Source of the DNA: Fimbriosthenelais zetlandica
Lineage: Eukaryota
Reading direction: 5' to 3'
DNA: 64,000 nt
NCBI GenBank assembly: GCA_977030845.1
Contig: OZ365112.1
Span: 5,766,001 to 5,830,000, forward strand
Shown: piece by piece, positions 1 through 15,367 of the stretch
How the letters are laid out: the number at the start of each line of letters is the position of its first letter
How positions within the stretch are numbered: position 1 is the stretch's first letter
Program-made: the position numbers and the translations under genes
The notes under the pieces: model-generated
What the model was told of the DNA's origin: nothing
Database searches by the model: none
Seen by the model: only the letters and a program-made list of their open reading frames with translations

Positions 1-3000
1 CCTCCAGCTTTAAATTCACCCTCACTGCAAGTGCCACAATGATGCATGCAGACATTGCATTTGGTGGTGGGCGGCAAAGTCTGCCGCCTCGATGAGTCTC
101 CCAAGATTGCCTTTTTGGGGGGAAGGTGGTAATTCAGGCTTGGTGAGGCATCCCAAAGGCGAGACAGACAGGTGGATGTGCGGGTCAGGAAAATTACAAG
201 GGACTGTGTATAGAGGAAGGGGCTGATCGACCCAGGGATTGTATGAACCAAGATTTTACATGTCCTGGCTTTGTGCATGCACTGACATCCATGAAGACGG
301 TACAAGAGAAGTCATGTGCTCAGCGGAAGCCATTAGTCCTGTTAGAAACATAAAGCACTTCCTGGATGCGCGCGCAGCATGGCGGCGCCCATAACACATC
401 CTCACTTCCGGTAGAGCTTTCAGAGATTCGCCCATTGAAGGCGCCACAGCTGCGGAGGAGTGGGGGAGGATAGGGCCATAAAAACACCATCTGATTCCTT
501 CTCGGATTACCAAACACTGAATTTGATGCAAATAACTTGAATCAATAATGTCGCAGGATTAATCACTGGGGAATCCCATTATTTTAGCATTTTGATAAAT
601 AATCTCATTTCCATGTTGATAACACCTCTTGTCGGTTTGTCTTGGCATTGTAATTCTCTCTCTGCCAATGAGAAAATATTATTCCAAATCTGACTGTATC
701 TTCGGCAAATCTTGTTGCTTCGGAACAGAAAACATTTCCAGCAAAACTTGGAATGATAGAAGTATAAGACGAATTGTATTATTAGGAATATTATTTTTTT
801 TAGAGAAAATGACCTTGCAAACACCATTTTGGTTGGGAACACATGTCAATGCATAAAAAAATTTTCAGTTCAACCCGGGTGCCCCAATCCTATAGTTGCT
901 CTGTCACTATCGATTTGTTTCCTATAGGCCCACTTATATAGAAGTATTCCCAAGAAGAATATAAGGTCGGATCACAGGGAAATTGCAATTATAAACATGT
1001 ATGGTGCTTTCTAGAGATCCGATCGTCAAAACCTTTCGAGAAAAGGATTTTGGCATTGCTTTCATTCGGATATTGACCTGATAGGCCAGAACATTTTATG
1101 ACATAGGCCCTGGTCAGTGTTGACGCTGTTTAATACTGACCAGTGGAGAGAGAGTGGACAGACGTGACGGACATTGTGTGGGACGGTCCCATGAGAGTAG
1201 AGACTTGCTGGCTGGTATGTCTATCTCATTAAATAGGCTCCCACAGAGGTACACATACACCATAGTGAATACCCTACATGCCTGTCAGCCATTTTATACT
1301 AGCCTTCTCTATTCTTATTACCAGGCTTGAATCTGTCTTTATTTTTATGTTATATACTATGTTTCTAGATTCATACAAGGTGTGTCTGCACTATTGCCTC
1401 GTATAGATAGATAAATCTAATCTATTTTATTTTATTTTGTAAACACATTGGGGTCTTACTAATCCGACCATCTGAACTGATTGTGGACTTATTATAGAAT
1501 AATGGTCGCCCAAGTAAGTAGTTTTAAAACATTTACTTCTACCCATAGTGGACCCATACAGTGCATGCATTGACCTTCTCTATGAATAATGTTTGAAAAT
1601 GGATTGTCACCGAGAACATTTTAGAAAGCATTTGGCAAGTTACTGGGAAGTGGTAAAGACAAATTATGTTATTTCCCCCACACTTAGGGCCAACCCTTCT
1701 CCAGGAAATGGTGCAATTCAATATCTACAGCCGCCACACGGCCATTAATTGTATTCTGCGTTTACTTCTTTTTTCTGGCTTCCTGCAAATTTGATTTTCA
1801 ATTGCTTTAAAGCAGAGCAGCCAAGCAGCAGTTTAATATAGAAAATATGGGCTTGCATTAAAGGATTAAAAACACTAACCATTTCATCTAATTGTCTGGC
1901 AAATGAAAGCAATATCTTCAAGGAAAGAACAAAAGGGAACGATTTAGTGAAATTGGTTTGGACAGTGGGTTTTTTCACCAATGGTCGCGTGTATGGGTAT
2001 GATCACAATTCCAAGTTGCTCTTTGATTTTGCCTTCGTTTTATGAGACCAATTCCCTGGAATGGGTGCATGGTTGGGTTTTATTGGACTAAACCTTGCAG
2101 ATAGGTGCAAGCAATCGCCCTTTCTGGGGAGACATCCCATTGGCTTGCCTTTTTCATGCACAGGGGAATGTCTCATTATAAAAAGCAGGCATTCTGCAAA
2201 ACATAAGAAAGATTGTGGTTAGTTTTTGCACATTTCCCTTCTCTACTTTTTCAATAACTGACCCACGAGGCTTGTCATGTTAGAGTGCCGAGACTAATTG
2301 AAACTCTGTCCTTCATATAATTGCATTTTTTATGAAACAGCCCCCGGGTATTGCCACGTTAGGGTGCAGAACCAGAACCTATACTCGATACGCCGTGAAT
2401 ATTAAGATGATAACCCCGATAGACTGGCCCTCTATTGGAAGAATGTCATATTAGATGTATTGAAAATCAATGTTTAGAAACAAGTATATTGTATAGTTCT
2501 ATCATCCACTGTTTTGCATGGGGTCCCTAATTACAAATATGTCCAGAATTGTCTCATCGATTTAATTCATTCTGGCTTCATATACTAAGGAAAATTCAGG
2601 CATCATGCTCATTGAAATTTGGATTTCTCGACCTTCGGCCTCGCAACAGTCAATCCCATAGAGCACGAGTCCTCATGTCAAAATAATTCTTTCCGTATAC
2701 TACTTCCGTAGAGTTTTTAATGACTTTGAACACTTCTGTGATGCAGGACACTCCAATCCTGAAAATACAGAAGCGATTGTGGTAATCTAAAACGGGAGGA
2801 TTTAAGATTAAGCTTCTCTACTACTATCAGCCTTCCATGTGTGTTGAATGAGATACTGGAATTGAAATTGTATATGAGAATCCATCCTGGAATATAACTC
2901 CCACTGGAGGAACAAATTCCAGGTCTCACTTTAAATCTGAGCTTCCTTCCCTCAAAATGTCTCCAGGCCCTTCAAGAAGGGACTTTGATGGGTGAAAGAG

Positions 3001-3182
3001 GATGTGTTTTAATCACTGCAAAGGGCATTCCTGTCCCATGTTGGGAGTTTTGCCGGCTTATCCTTTTACGTTCTACTTCCCAGTAAGGTCATTTGAGAGT
3101 CAGTTGCCCCGTGCGTGGAGTAATACGATCTGCTGATGAAATGTGCAAAAACAGAGGAAGTTGAAGGTCCCTAGACTATCTG

Positions 3183-3391
3183 TAAAGCTGGTCCTCCACT
3201 GCTGCGATTTTGCTTGCGACACTACTGCGACAAAGGTGATGCTTGGGTAGGACTAAAATTTATAAATTGTGGTCCAAGTGTCCAAGGCCTTAAGGACGTC
3301 CTCCAATGGTGAATTTGTCAGTGAAACACAAGCATCACCTTTGTCGCAGAGGTATCGCAAGCAAAATCGCAGCAGTGGAGTCCCGGCTTTA
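3183..3391. mobile_element. Non-autonomous MITE with ~65-bp imperfect TIRs, probably PIF/Harbinger-type (copy 1)
   Basis: Left end taa-AGCTGGTCCTCCACTGCTGCGATTTTGCTTGCGAC...GCGACAAAGGTGATGCTTG is the reverse complement of the right end CAAGCATCACCTTTGTCGC...TCGCAAGCAAAATCGCAGCAGTGGAGTCCCGGCT-tta. Flanks are TAA/TTA. A second full copy lies at 18864-19079. Confidence 0.8.
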
Positions 3392-6300
3392 CTCACAGAA
3401 TCAAAGTGACAGATTTCATCTCTGGGTTTTGCTGCATGATGACATTATGGTATGACAGAGCAATGGCAACCCTATTCACTCTTTCAAGGAAACCCTAAAA
3501 AAGCAGCACTCAAGGTCTAATAGTGTATACTTTGTTAAGCATTCAGGAAGGGTGGTTGTCCACTAGACCTGCAATTCCAGACGCTCCCTTGGGTAAGGCG
3601 AGATATCGATTGGTAGGTCTCGCTCCAGAGTGCCTCTGCTCCCACGCCTCCAGTGTACGGCCATATGATAGTATCTAAGGAACCGATAGCGTGCTATATC
3701 TCCATGGCAACACAGCTCTTATTTCGGTAGGGAAAATGGGCGTTTGGGAGGAGCCTGACGAGCTATTACTAACAGTGGGAGATCACTATTACACATGATA
3801 TCAATTGTGTTCATGGCATTCCAGCAGTAGGCCTCGAGGCTGCAGGCTCCGGAGTCCACTTGAACAGGGTCAAAAACAACCCAAGTCAATACCCACTGAA
3901 GTAGGAGACAAGAGTTGTGTATATATCAGGGGCTTTGGAGAGACAAAATGAAGGCATGTCATACATATGAGTAGGCATTGACTTCAACATATCTTTATGC
4001 TCAAAGAATTGGAGTGAAAGCATCCAAGAAGTTTACAATTGTTGAACGTGTTTGGTCAAAACCAGCAATAGCTGAGAGAATGCCTACTGGATAGCCCCAT
4101 TTCCCTATACTTCTCACTAGCCCACTCATTCAGCTTGGGGATGCTTTGCAAACGATTCCCCTTAATGCGAACTTTTATACTCTCTACTCCTTAATGGGGT
4201 GAAAGCAGTTAACATTGTCTATTAGAAAACACCTAGGTACATCATGTGGGTGGGTCCATTTTGATGAAGAAACGTTTCCAAACCACTGCCTTCCTGAGCA
4301 ACAGCTCAATAAAATGGTGGACTTTATCGTTGAGAGTCGGCGAGCCTGGCATGATCCAGCACATTTACCATGTTCTTTACAGTCCCACACTACATGAATA
4401 CATCAGAAAGGGCATGAGAAAAATACCAGCCCATTTCCATTCCTTATCCACAAAATTTGCCACCAGTTCTTAAACTCAGCCTCAAAAAAATGAAAATAAT
4501 AAAAATGGAAAGAATGAGAAAAAAGTCTTTTGACCGTGTTATTTGCCATGTAAAAAAAGAACTGTCCTCGGAAGGGCTCTGACGCGGCCCTAAAAACGTA
4601 GTTTTCTTTTGAATAAAAATAATGATTTGGAGCGTGGTTCTTCAAGATGGTTGTTTGATCGTGGGTGATTGATGGAGAGAGTGGTCCAATCTTTATTGAA
4701 GCACTTTTCAATTAGCAATGTTAGAGACATGGTCGGGGGTTGAGTTGATATTAATATCTATACATGTGTTGTTTTTAGTATAAAAATGAATCAATAATAT
4801 GGACTGATCTATAATATTGCACTTAGTACAGTCCACAGAGTTCCATACAGAACAGAAAGGTCCCTTTAATTACATTAATAATCTTTCCATCATAATTATA
4901 CGGAAACATTATGGTTTTTAATTAAAATATCAAGAATCTGTATCAACCATAATGAAATTAATGATAAAACTAATTAGAATATTAAAACAATGGCCATGAG
5001 ATTTGCAAATGGAGACAAGGCAAAGATCCACCCTTTAACATTGACCGAGATAACTAATGGCTTCTGAGATAGCACTCGATGTTATGTCATTTATGACATT
5101 ATGTTATTTATGAATTATAGATCTGTATGCACTTCTTAATTTTCGTGCAGCAGAAGCGGGGGATAATGAAATCCTAGCACCATGGCGCTGGGATATTATT
5201 TCATAGGTTATAAATCACAAGCCTGTCAAAATAAGATGCATTCTTATCCATATCCTAGTCCAACAAACTGTTACAGTATCGGCCAGTAGGCGTGAAATAT
5301 TGCTTTTTAAAATCGGATCAATAGAGATAGCATTAAGCCTGATTTTGTCAAGGAATCTATCCCCTCGCTACAACCTAGCATGTAATGGCTTTCTTGGTGT
5401 TTTATTTTTATGTCTTTCACAGTCATAAATCATTTCCATGGATGGGTTCTGCACGCATACCATTCATACTAACCGAGCCATGCCTGCAAGGCCCAGTTAC
5501 ATGCTATATCGAAACATGAGACTCAAATGCATTCAACATGTTTTTATTCTTGCATCTGCGATAATTGATTTATCGTACGTAATCATTTAAAAAGGGGCCT
5601 GTTTCCATGGGGAAGGCATTTCTACTTAGTTCTTACTCATTGTATTGACCTTTGTGGCCCTGTATTTTCAGTCCGCATACTGGTATTGCCTCCATAAGCC
5701 AGTAAAAGCTGGAAACCATTTTACTCATATTTCACAGCCGACCAGGCCTGTGTTAGGAGGGGAGGAGGAGCTTCCCGCCATGGCCTCCCATCCTGTCTGT
5801 TTTTATGAATAAATATCTAAGAGAAGAGGCTGGGGTCAGGGGGCCTGACCTTTGTGTTCACTGCTTGGGCTCTATTGGGGGGATCTGGTACGCCCGGAGG
5901 GCCTGACTCATAAAAAAGATTTCATGAATCAAGTACTCAAAGACCCTAATACTGACTTTGAGCAACGATATTTTTAACATATCAGATATTTAACATCTCA
6001 ACTCACATTAATTTTATGACTACAGTCGTGCAATTGATCAATGTGCAATATTGTACATTTAATGAGTACATTTGTAAGGAGGACATTTTTTGTTGTTAGG
6101 TAGTTATTTTTGGAACAAGCCCCGAGCTTGTCTGCCAAATTTGAAGGATAAGATCTATTATAGGATCAGTTGTGAAACTAGGCCCACACTAGCCCGACCG
6201 ATCTACGGATGGAAATTGGATGAATATCAGTCCGATCATTTGGCTGGTGACAAATCAAGGCCTATAGATCTGCATACTTTTTATCGCCATATATAATATA

Positions 6301-7627
6301 GGTGTGTTTCCTTACTCGCAGTATGGTTTAGAAATCTGCGTTTGTCGGCTTAGGACCTCTGTAGTTTCTGGTTTGGAGCTGCCTTCCAGGCTTGATGGAT
6401 CTGGCCAGCTTTGTTCTATAATGTGAGATATCTGATGCGCATTCCCCCTATTTCACGTAATGCATTTTCACTGTTTCTGTTTACTCTATGAATATGCTTT
6501 TCACTTGGTTTTTATTGATTGTGGCTTCAATAAAAGCTTTCCTGATATCCCGGCACTGGACCGTTTCAAATCAAAGAACTGTCTGGCATGTGGATGAATA
6601 CCCTTTCATGAGATTTTGCCGAATTCTGATGGCGAAATGTAAATGCAGAATAATGTTTCACATCTGAAATGCTGCAAGTATTTTCAGTATTCAAAAAGAT
6701 AAGATAATAGGATGAATTCATGCCTCATAAATATTGAAATGGTTTTCCATCTTATTCGTCACACAAATACGCTTAATATCAGAGTCCCCCCTCTGATATG
6801 AATAAACCGTATGACTATAGTATGCATGGTAGGGTGGGGTAAATAGGATTTCATTCAAACAAGTTGTATTTATTGTATGACCTTATCGTATTCTGTTTAG
6901 TCAGTCATTTCTTTGAGTACGTGTTTATTGGGTACATACTCAACAGAGTTTTCCACTTTGTTTGGATGACTTTTCTGTCCCTCAAGTCAGTCCCATTCAT
7001 CTTTCTACCATCAGCCCATATATACTTGAACCGTATTACTCGTGATGATCCATCAAGATTATCCTACCAGAGCAGCTGTTTCTGAGTAAAGGCAATCTAT
7101 AATTAAACTATCAATACTCAAGAGAATTTCCTACGAGGCTTGCTTATTGGCCACCTTTTAGTAAAGACGCCATCTTGAATAAATTAAGACACTCTCATCA
7201 CGTGATCTTTGAGAAGGGACCACCTGGCGGCCACTAACTGAATCAAGGATGATGACTGAACTCGCAGCTTCTGGGGATCCTTGGTCATCTAGATGTCAAT
7301 TAAGTGTAGGTTCTCCCCTTAGCTCCTGGCCTTTCCTTACTTTCTCAGTCCCTAGGGTGGAAGTGTCAAAACTGCTAACCTTTCCCGTTTGGAATCCCTA
7401 GATGGTTGACGGGCTCTCTAGCGTGGGTGTTAGTGAGTGCCATTACATGAAAAGCAGGTTGAAGTAAAAGGCATACATGTATGTGGGGGATCCAGAGGGA
7501 TGGGGAATGTGCATAAGGAAGGCAGTCTGAAGTTTATTGATATCAATATTCACGTTGCCTGTGTATTGTATAGTGGGCGGGTGTTTCTCTGTCTCTTTCT
7601 GGGTACCTGTCTGCCCGCCTTCTGTCT

Positions 7628-7741
7628 CTCTGTCTCCATCTCCCTCCCTCTGTCTCTCTCACTCACTCTGTCTCCATCTCCCTCCCTCTGTCTCTCTCAC
7701 TCACTCTGTCTCCATCTCCCTCCCTCTGTCTCTCTCACTCA
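7628..7741. repeat. Pyrimidine-rich minisatellite, 3 x 38 bp
   Basis: Unit CTCTGTCTCCATCTCCCTCCCTCTGTCTCTCTCACTCA starts at 7628, 7666 and 7704. Confidence 0.9.
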
Positions 7742-10700
7742 CTCCTCTATCTCTCTCTCCCACTCTCTCGACTAAGATCTGAATGTACATGCAGTGAAAT
7801 GTCATCCAAACTTTCAATGTTTTCTTAAAAATATTTAACATCCTTAATTCTCTGTTTATAGAGGCCAACATGTGCCTTATATAGGCCTATACATGTATAA
7901 TGCTGGCTGATATGAAGCAGCGACAGGAAATAGAGTATTTTTCCATACTAGATCCTATTGCACGTGCACAAATCCCCAGACACAATGGGCGAATCTGATC
8001 CTAACTTACTTGTTTTGACAGGCTAAAATCCAAGCAACAGTCTCGTCTGTGCCAGCTCTAGAGTACCTCTCTAACAGGCACGTACATAAGTCATAAATTC
8101 TAATCCAGCATCCCCTTTTCCTTAACTTTACTAGGTGTTCCAAAGTCTGATATTTCAAGAGATGAACTTGAAATATAAGTCATTCTATAGAGATCGACAT
8201 AAGCCGACGTTTCTGTTTGTAATAGAAATGCGACACCTCCTTAGATTACTTGATATATAACGGTTTTAGTCAAACAGGCATCAAGGGTGAATATCCGTAA
8301 AAGGTAATCTAAGCCCTGGATTTTCCAGTTACTTTCCTACTCATAGTCCTATTCTGTGGGAATCTACCGGATGTTAAAGAGACTGAAGTAGATGGAACGT
8401 TACTGTTATTCATCCTCCCATAGGGAACACGTCTAGACTTGAGGAATGTAGTTCTAATGAGTATACTCTATTGATATTAATGTGTATCATTCTTTATGCT
8501 CTTTATAGCCACATATATATCATAGAACAAAGGACAAGAGTCATACAACTATTAAATGTATGTATATATATATGCTTTGTGCTTAGATGAGGCATCTTCC
8601 TGCTAGGTGAATACAAAATAATATTATATAGAACATCACTGTATTCAAAGAGATCTCAGATATTTCCATTTTAACGAATTTCTAAAGCCTTATCTCGTCT
8701 GTAAAATTTAATATTGGTATGATATCCATGGGAGAATACGCCTGCATAAAGGTGATTACATGCAATGATATCCCGTTTCAGACTAATTTAAATCAATCTA
8801 GACATGCACCAAACTGAAATATGTCAGTAAAACAGCTTATAACATTGCTCACTTTCCTCCTTTAAGGTTTAAGCTCTACTCGTCATATATAGGATTGAAG
8901 GAGGTTGGATATGGCTCTTCAGTGCTGCCTATGACACTGTACACTGATACCATTCCTCCATCAAACACCATGACAAATATGAAGCTGTAAATGAGGGAGA
9001 AGGAGGGGGATAAGAGATAGGAGGACCAGGAGGAGGGGTACTCTCATATCCAATCCATCTGTGTTAAACTAAACGGATATGGCCAAGAAAATATCATTTC
9101 TCGAGAAAATTTGGGTCGGAAGAGCTTGTATTGGACATCATTTGCCATCAATTATTTTGAAGAATAATATTCAGTTCGGTTTTGCTTGAAATATTGAAAT
9201 GTAGCTAATATTGATTATTTCTGGCTAAAGTTTACCTTTTTGTCAGCGCATGTCACTCAGTGACTTTCAGAGGGTTTAATAACACTGCCAGCAACAGCAA
9301 GACTATACTAGACCCTGATCTAAAAATATGGGAGTCAACCCCCTCGACTCTTTGAAGGGAGGTTAGGGAGAGCTGCGCAGTTAGAGATACAAGTGGGAAT
9401 CCGTGGCTCTCTCTCAGATCGGCTTTTCCTCGCCTCCTCTCATCCCATCCCTACTTCCGGCAGATCACGTGAAATCTCCTTCAAGACGAGATTCTCGTCC
9501 CTCACGCTACCAGCCCACCATGTTGTCTGCAGCCAATGGCTATGATGCCTTTGAGATGGAACCATGTGCCTTGGAATGACTTAATTGGCCTCGTGGACTC
9601 TTCTCTTACACTCTTTGCTTTCACTTTACCGAAAGGCAAAAGGGAGAGGGAGAGAGGTTGAGTGATCCTTTAAAGGTTTTGTTTACACTGACTGGACAGG
9701 GGAGGTTTTTCTTGTGCCCCAAAAAAGATCTGGGCTTTAATCACTGAAAGTGTCAATGTCTGCTGAGTCAACACCATTTGTGAACTATTTGCTTTTTGGG
9801 GGACAAATGACTTGCAAGAAAAGGATGTCAATTGGCGATCCATGGCATTTTGTCATCTTAAAACCAAAAGATTACGGTTTCATTGAATTTATATTTTTTT
9901 AAATCCATAAAATTTTCATGTTAAAATACTCGTATCTGATGGATTGGGAATAAAGATACCGTAATCGTGTGGAAAACATGAAATGAAAACTAAGACAAAA
10001 AGGCGAATAATCCAAGCCATAAAATGGGGGCTTTCCTGGATAAGGACCATGCTTCCTGGCCGAGAAGGTCGTCCATTTCCAAGTCGTCGTCCCCCGACTC
10101 CAGAAGCAACCTTCACTTCCGCCAGAATGATTGATTCAAATGATCTATTATATCCATGAACCCTTAAACACACGGGCATTCACCCTTAAACACAGCCCAT
10201 CCTTCTCCCTGCCTGCCATTCCTCCAAACACACCCCTCCTCACTTTCCCTCTCCCCCTCCTCTCTCTCCTTTACCGTCGTCTTTTAGAGAGTGCTCAAGA
10301 ACATGCTTCTTATCGATTGGGTTGAACTGTGGGTTAGGCAGGATACATCGGGCAGATCGACCTATTGGTTATTCACCGATTAGTTCAGGCTGGACAAATG
10401 CATCTGGGCACTGCATGCATATCCAAACAATGAACAATTGTTGTTAAGATTTATCAAAAAAAGCAATCAATTCCTTCAAGAATTTCATATAATAAGGTTG
10501 ACAACTTTGAGGATTGTCTGACTGGCATCCCACAGACGACTGCTCATCAGGTTGTTTGATAAGTTCGTCAGCTAAAATTCTGTCTTTCAACGACAGATAA
10601 AATGCCTGCTGAAGTAACTTATTCGACGGAGCCTGAAAATAACTGATGTTAGAAATTTTAAATCAGTTCAACGGCCATCCAATGAAAAATCGTTGCCTCA

Positions 10701-13700
10701 GTGTATCAGAGGCTTCAGGAATTGCACAAGAACCATTCATATTGATTTGTGTGATGCTGGTGCAGAGGTGCGACGTCTGGTGCAGACGGGAAAATGGGGA
10801 GAAGGTGCCTGGTGCCCCGTGTCTCACAGAGAGCTTCCCCAAGGCGTCACTCTGAGGGAAAAACACCAACTGCAGGTGTCAAATTAAGATTATTAATGTT
10901 CATTCACACTCTCCCATTGCTAGGTAATGGGTTGGGCAGGAGGACACCTCTTTTGTTGGTTCACATATGACTGACTGTCTGCCTTTTCCAGCCAAATCGA
11001 AAATTGAACGTATATATACATACATCCAAAGGTTGGCCTTCAATGTATGGAAGCACCGCAGGGATGTTTAAAGGTAATTTATCTTTGCCTTTCATGTGAT
11101 TTCACCCAATTAAACTGGTGGAAGGAAGAGCACTGATTGAACTTAGAAGCAGCGGGGAATGGTGGGCAGCGCCCCTGCAGGAGGCTGTGAGAAGAAGGCC
11201 TGACAGGAGGCTTCAATCACTGAGCGAGCTCCGTCCAAAACCAAAGTGTTCTTTTACACCCTCGGCAAAACCTTCCCTCACTCTTCTCCCTCAGATCTTT
11301 TAGCAATGGATAACTTTGATCTCGTAGACTTGGCGGGGTTATAGAAGCCATGGAGTAGAGAGAGTTTCATCCGACTGTTGCTTTTATAAAATATACACTG
11401 GTATTGATTTCAAGAGATATTCCCTGTCTTTGTTAAACCATGCAATTGACGAACAGAATCAATGAGGTTTTTTCTATTCTATACCCCCCTTGCATCACAC
11501 AGACCTATAAAGGTTTATGTTGAATTAACTTCTTGTTAAAGTCATTTCTTACGATATCTCTGCATGGGATATGTGATAATCTTTTGATTCCCATTCATCC
11601 CTTGCATCAAATCCTTCGATGTCAACAATATTTATAAGAAATTTCAATCTGTATCAGAAAACCTATCGGATTTGTCTGGAAAATTTCATTATGAATTGCG
11701 TATGTATACATATATGTAAGGGATATTTATTGCGTTCTCGGCCAAAGGGCAATATCCTGGGAATTGTAAATTAATCTTCTCAGATTGCTTCAGAGACATT
11801 TTACACTTTAAATTTCACAATATATTGTTGTCTTCAAAGTTGCCTTAGCCTCTTCGGCAGCTGGGTCAGCGAACATAAGTTAGAACATCAGTTAGTACAA
11901 GGCTAGTTCAGTGCCTTGTCGGGGGTAATGAAATTAAAGGCTTCATTTGGTTAGGGCAACAAACTCCGATGCTAGTCTACTAAAACCTTCCACTAAAAAC
12001 GCCTGATGATGACTCATAGGCTTGATTCTCTACATGAGCCTAGTACTCAAAGGTCATGGTACCCATCTAAAAGCCTCTTAGCATCGTGACTGCAATATTA
12101 ACCATTATATCATGTTAAAACATGGGCAATCCCAATAGGTTTGGGAAGCTATTAATAATGAATTTTTTAAAACTAAATAATAGAGGGTAGTACTCAAAGG
12201 GATCTTTGAAGAGTAAGGTTAGTTTGCTGGATCGAAGCACGTTTTAGGATAGTTATTTTGATTTATTACAGATCAATGGAAACAATGCAACCGCAATCTA
12301 TTCTATAGATTGGATGGATGGAATGAAATTATAGAATTATTACTTTGATGACTCCATATTCAATATTATGGTCTGCAACATAATAGTCCATGAGAATGTT
12401 TGAGAGTTCTGTTAAGCAGAGAGATTCTTGAAACTAAGATCTTAGAATAAAAATTGCCAGTTTGGATCACGCAGGCTAAGGACGGAAAGGCTGTGCCTTG
12501 TAAAATAATCCCGCCATCAAAGCTTTAACGAGTGATACATGCTTTGCAGTTAATCCTATTTGCTTGTGACAAGCTATGAGACAGCCTTTGTTTTCTTTAC
12601 CCTTCTCCGTTTACCCCAACAAGAGAACAAAGCCTCTTGTAGGAGAATAAAGGGGAAATAGTTGGTGCCAGGAGAAGCCTTTCTCTTCTCCCATCCTGCA
12701 ATTCATTAGTACACTGACACTGATTTATTAGACAATTTGCCTGGAGAGAGACAAAGACAGGGTGATTATGGGCCACCATAGCCGTACAAGGTGTGATATT
12801 AGACTGTCGGTGATGGGGGGCTATTAAAATAGCTTCTTTAACACTCAGGTGTGGGGTGGAAGGCATAATATTCTCATCAATATTGATTTTCTACCATCAG
12901 CTCCCCCACCCCCACTCGCCTTGCTCCCCCTCCCCCACTACATCCCCCCTCCACCCCACTCCCTCCCCACCCAGCCTTTCCTCCTGCACTTCCTTCCGCT
13001 CTTCTTTTCTCAACAGCTCCTCCTATTTCAACCACTAAGGCCTCAACTTCTTCCTACCACTTAAATAAAATGACAGTATATTCAGTCATACTTCTAGTTG
13101 CATTTTCCCAAAGCTAGGTATTCTGGACATTAAAGCGATCGATAGGCCTATCTTCTGGGACTTATTTCGATAGAAAAATTAACAATGATAAGTCTATGGC
13201 TAATTTCTGTTTTGAAATGTGCTCCAGATAAAGACTATAATATACACCGTTGATTATGCATGAAACAGCTCAGAGATGTCCTGTTATTTAAAGGTTAATC
13301 TCAGATTAAAATGTGCATGTACAAGCGTTGTCTCTTTCGCTTTCCCCCTGTCCTCTACCTTCTATACCTTAACCTTTCCCTCCCCCTTTCCTCACCGTTG
13401 CATGCTGAGACCAGTAATGCTGAGGAATTGCCATCGTCGCGAATACAGACCCCCTACACTGTCATTGCTTTCCGTTTGACCACAATGAAACCTCGTTTTT
13501 TTTACGGAAAATCTACCTAATCCGCCAATCTTGTATAATTACAAGATTGGTTGCCGCATTCTACGTTCCCTCGTGTAATTATGAGATTAGATTCCCCACT
13601 TTACGAGGTAATACATTATACGCCCCCCTCATCTTACGATGTAGTTACGTAATACAAGATAGGACCATCGAGGAGTGACTTCCTCCTCCACATCCCTGCC

Positions 13701-15367
13701 CCACCACCAGTCGAGTGACCACAGACAAGCAAGCAAGTTCTCAAGCGAGGAGATAGGCTTCATGTATTCACCAAACCTTGAATACTGTGTAAAATTTGGA
13801 TAATTTTAGGCACATGTTGGATCTAAGCATATGGCAAACATGTAAGTAACTACCTCAATTTAATAATATCAGATGTGTGCTTTCACCGGTACATTCATAA
13901 GTTCTTTGATTAGAAGTTTAGATTTGTAAAAAAAGAATGTATACATGTGGAGGGAGTTTAACTTGGAAGCTGTTATGGATGCATTTCACACCTATGGTTC
14001 TACAATGGTCTTGTCTTATATTAATAATATGTCACTTATTTTTTTATCTTATAAGGAATTCTCGGAGATGAAGAAACTCGAGAGGGATATAAACAGTGCG
14101 AAGACAAAGTGGAGAATTCAGATGAAAGTAGGTATAATGTATTTATTTTAAGGGTCAGGCAGCAAGTGTCTGGCTATCGGGAGGGCGTGTGTACTCATTT
14201 CCCTAAGCTTTTATCCCGTATAGTATTAGAGGGCTTTTAAGCTTGTATTAAGATTTGGCAAGTTTTGTTAATATAAAGTTACCATCTCTAAAAAATATAG
14301 AGTAACAGATAACCGTTTACTAATAAATTAACTTTCCGTATTGATTTGATTTTTCAGATCTTCTGCCTCAACATTTATTCATGTGCAGTTGCCTTCTCTT
14401 CGCCTCTGTGACAAACCATCTATCTATTTTCTATATTTAAGTTCATTAGATCTGTGTCCATATAGATTGGAGGAAGTTTTACTTAATGGATGCGTGATGT
14501 TACATACTTATAATTATAACCATAATTATTTACCTTTATTGGTCCGGTTTAATTTAACTTGGACAAAGGTTTACTTGATATATCTCTGTCAAATTACTGG
14601 TCATTTTTAAAAGTAACTCCTGAGTGAGCACATGTATACATGTAGTTATAACAATTGTAACAAGCCATTGAACCATTGTCTACTAAGCTTACATAATCTC
14701 AGTACAATAGCTTTGTTCAAGTTCACACATGGCCGACCTGGACTGGGGGACTGTGAACAGGGGGAGGGATGGGGGTAGGTGAGACAGGGTGGCGGGGACT
14801 TTCCTCCCCTCTCAGACTCGGTGTTTGAACTCGGATTAAATATTGGGTAGCTTATCGAGAGAATGAATGTATAATTATGGATTCATTTGTCAGATTTGTA
14901 AGGTCGACTTCAGAGGAATTTAAACTTATTGTTACCCAATGGTTTTTCCTTTCAAATGACATTTCAATACAAAGAGTTAACACCAAATTAAAACTCAACC
15001 ATGTGGTTTGCATTTTGTTACTGGTGTCTCAGATATGCTGTTTGCAATATATGTATAGGCCTATCGGGTAGTTTAGCATGTGAAAGAGCTAATTGTTTTG
15101 TGCAGAGGACAACTTCAATAAATATAATTGACTAAATACATTTTGTTGACTTTCTCATACGGTACCCTTCCATATTCTCATCCTGAAATATTGCACATTA
15201 TATAATAAACAAAATCTATTTGAAAGAGAAGGGGGATCAAATAAAAACACCCATAATTATCAATGAATTAATATTCCATATTACTGCCTATATATACCAT
15301 AGAAGCGCAGGAGCTAATAGTATTTATAGCGGCCGCCTGAGCGCTAGTAGTGCGTCCTTAATCCCCT

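Noticed and set aside
3840-4450. LRR-like snippets on the minus strand (RIKGNRLQSIP, PNTFNNCKLL)
   Set aside because: Scattered across frames with stops and no regular LxxLxL periodicity.
14794-14804. Canonical NF-kB site GGGGACTTTCC
   Set aside because: A single short motif in a G-rich patch with no linked gene; expected by chance.
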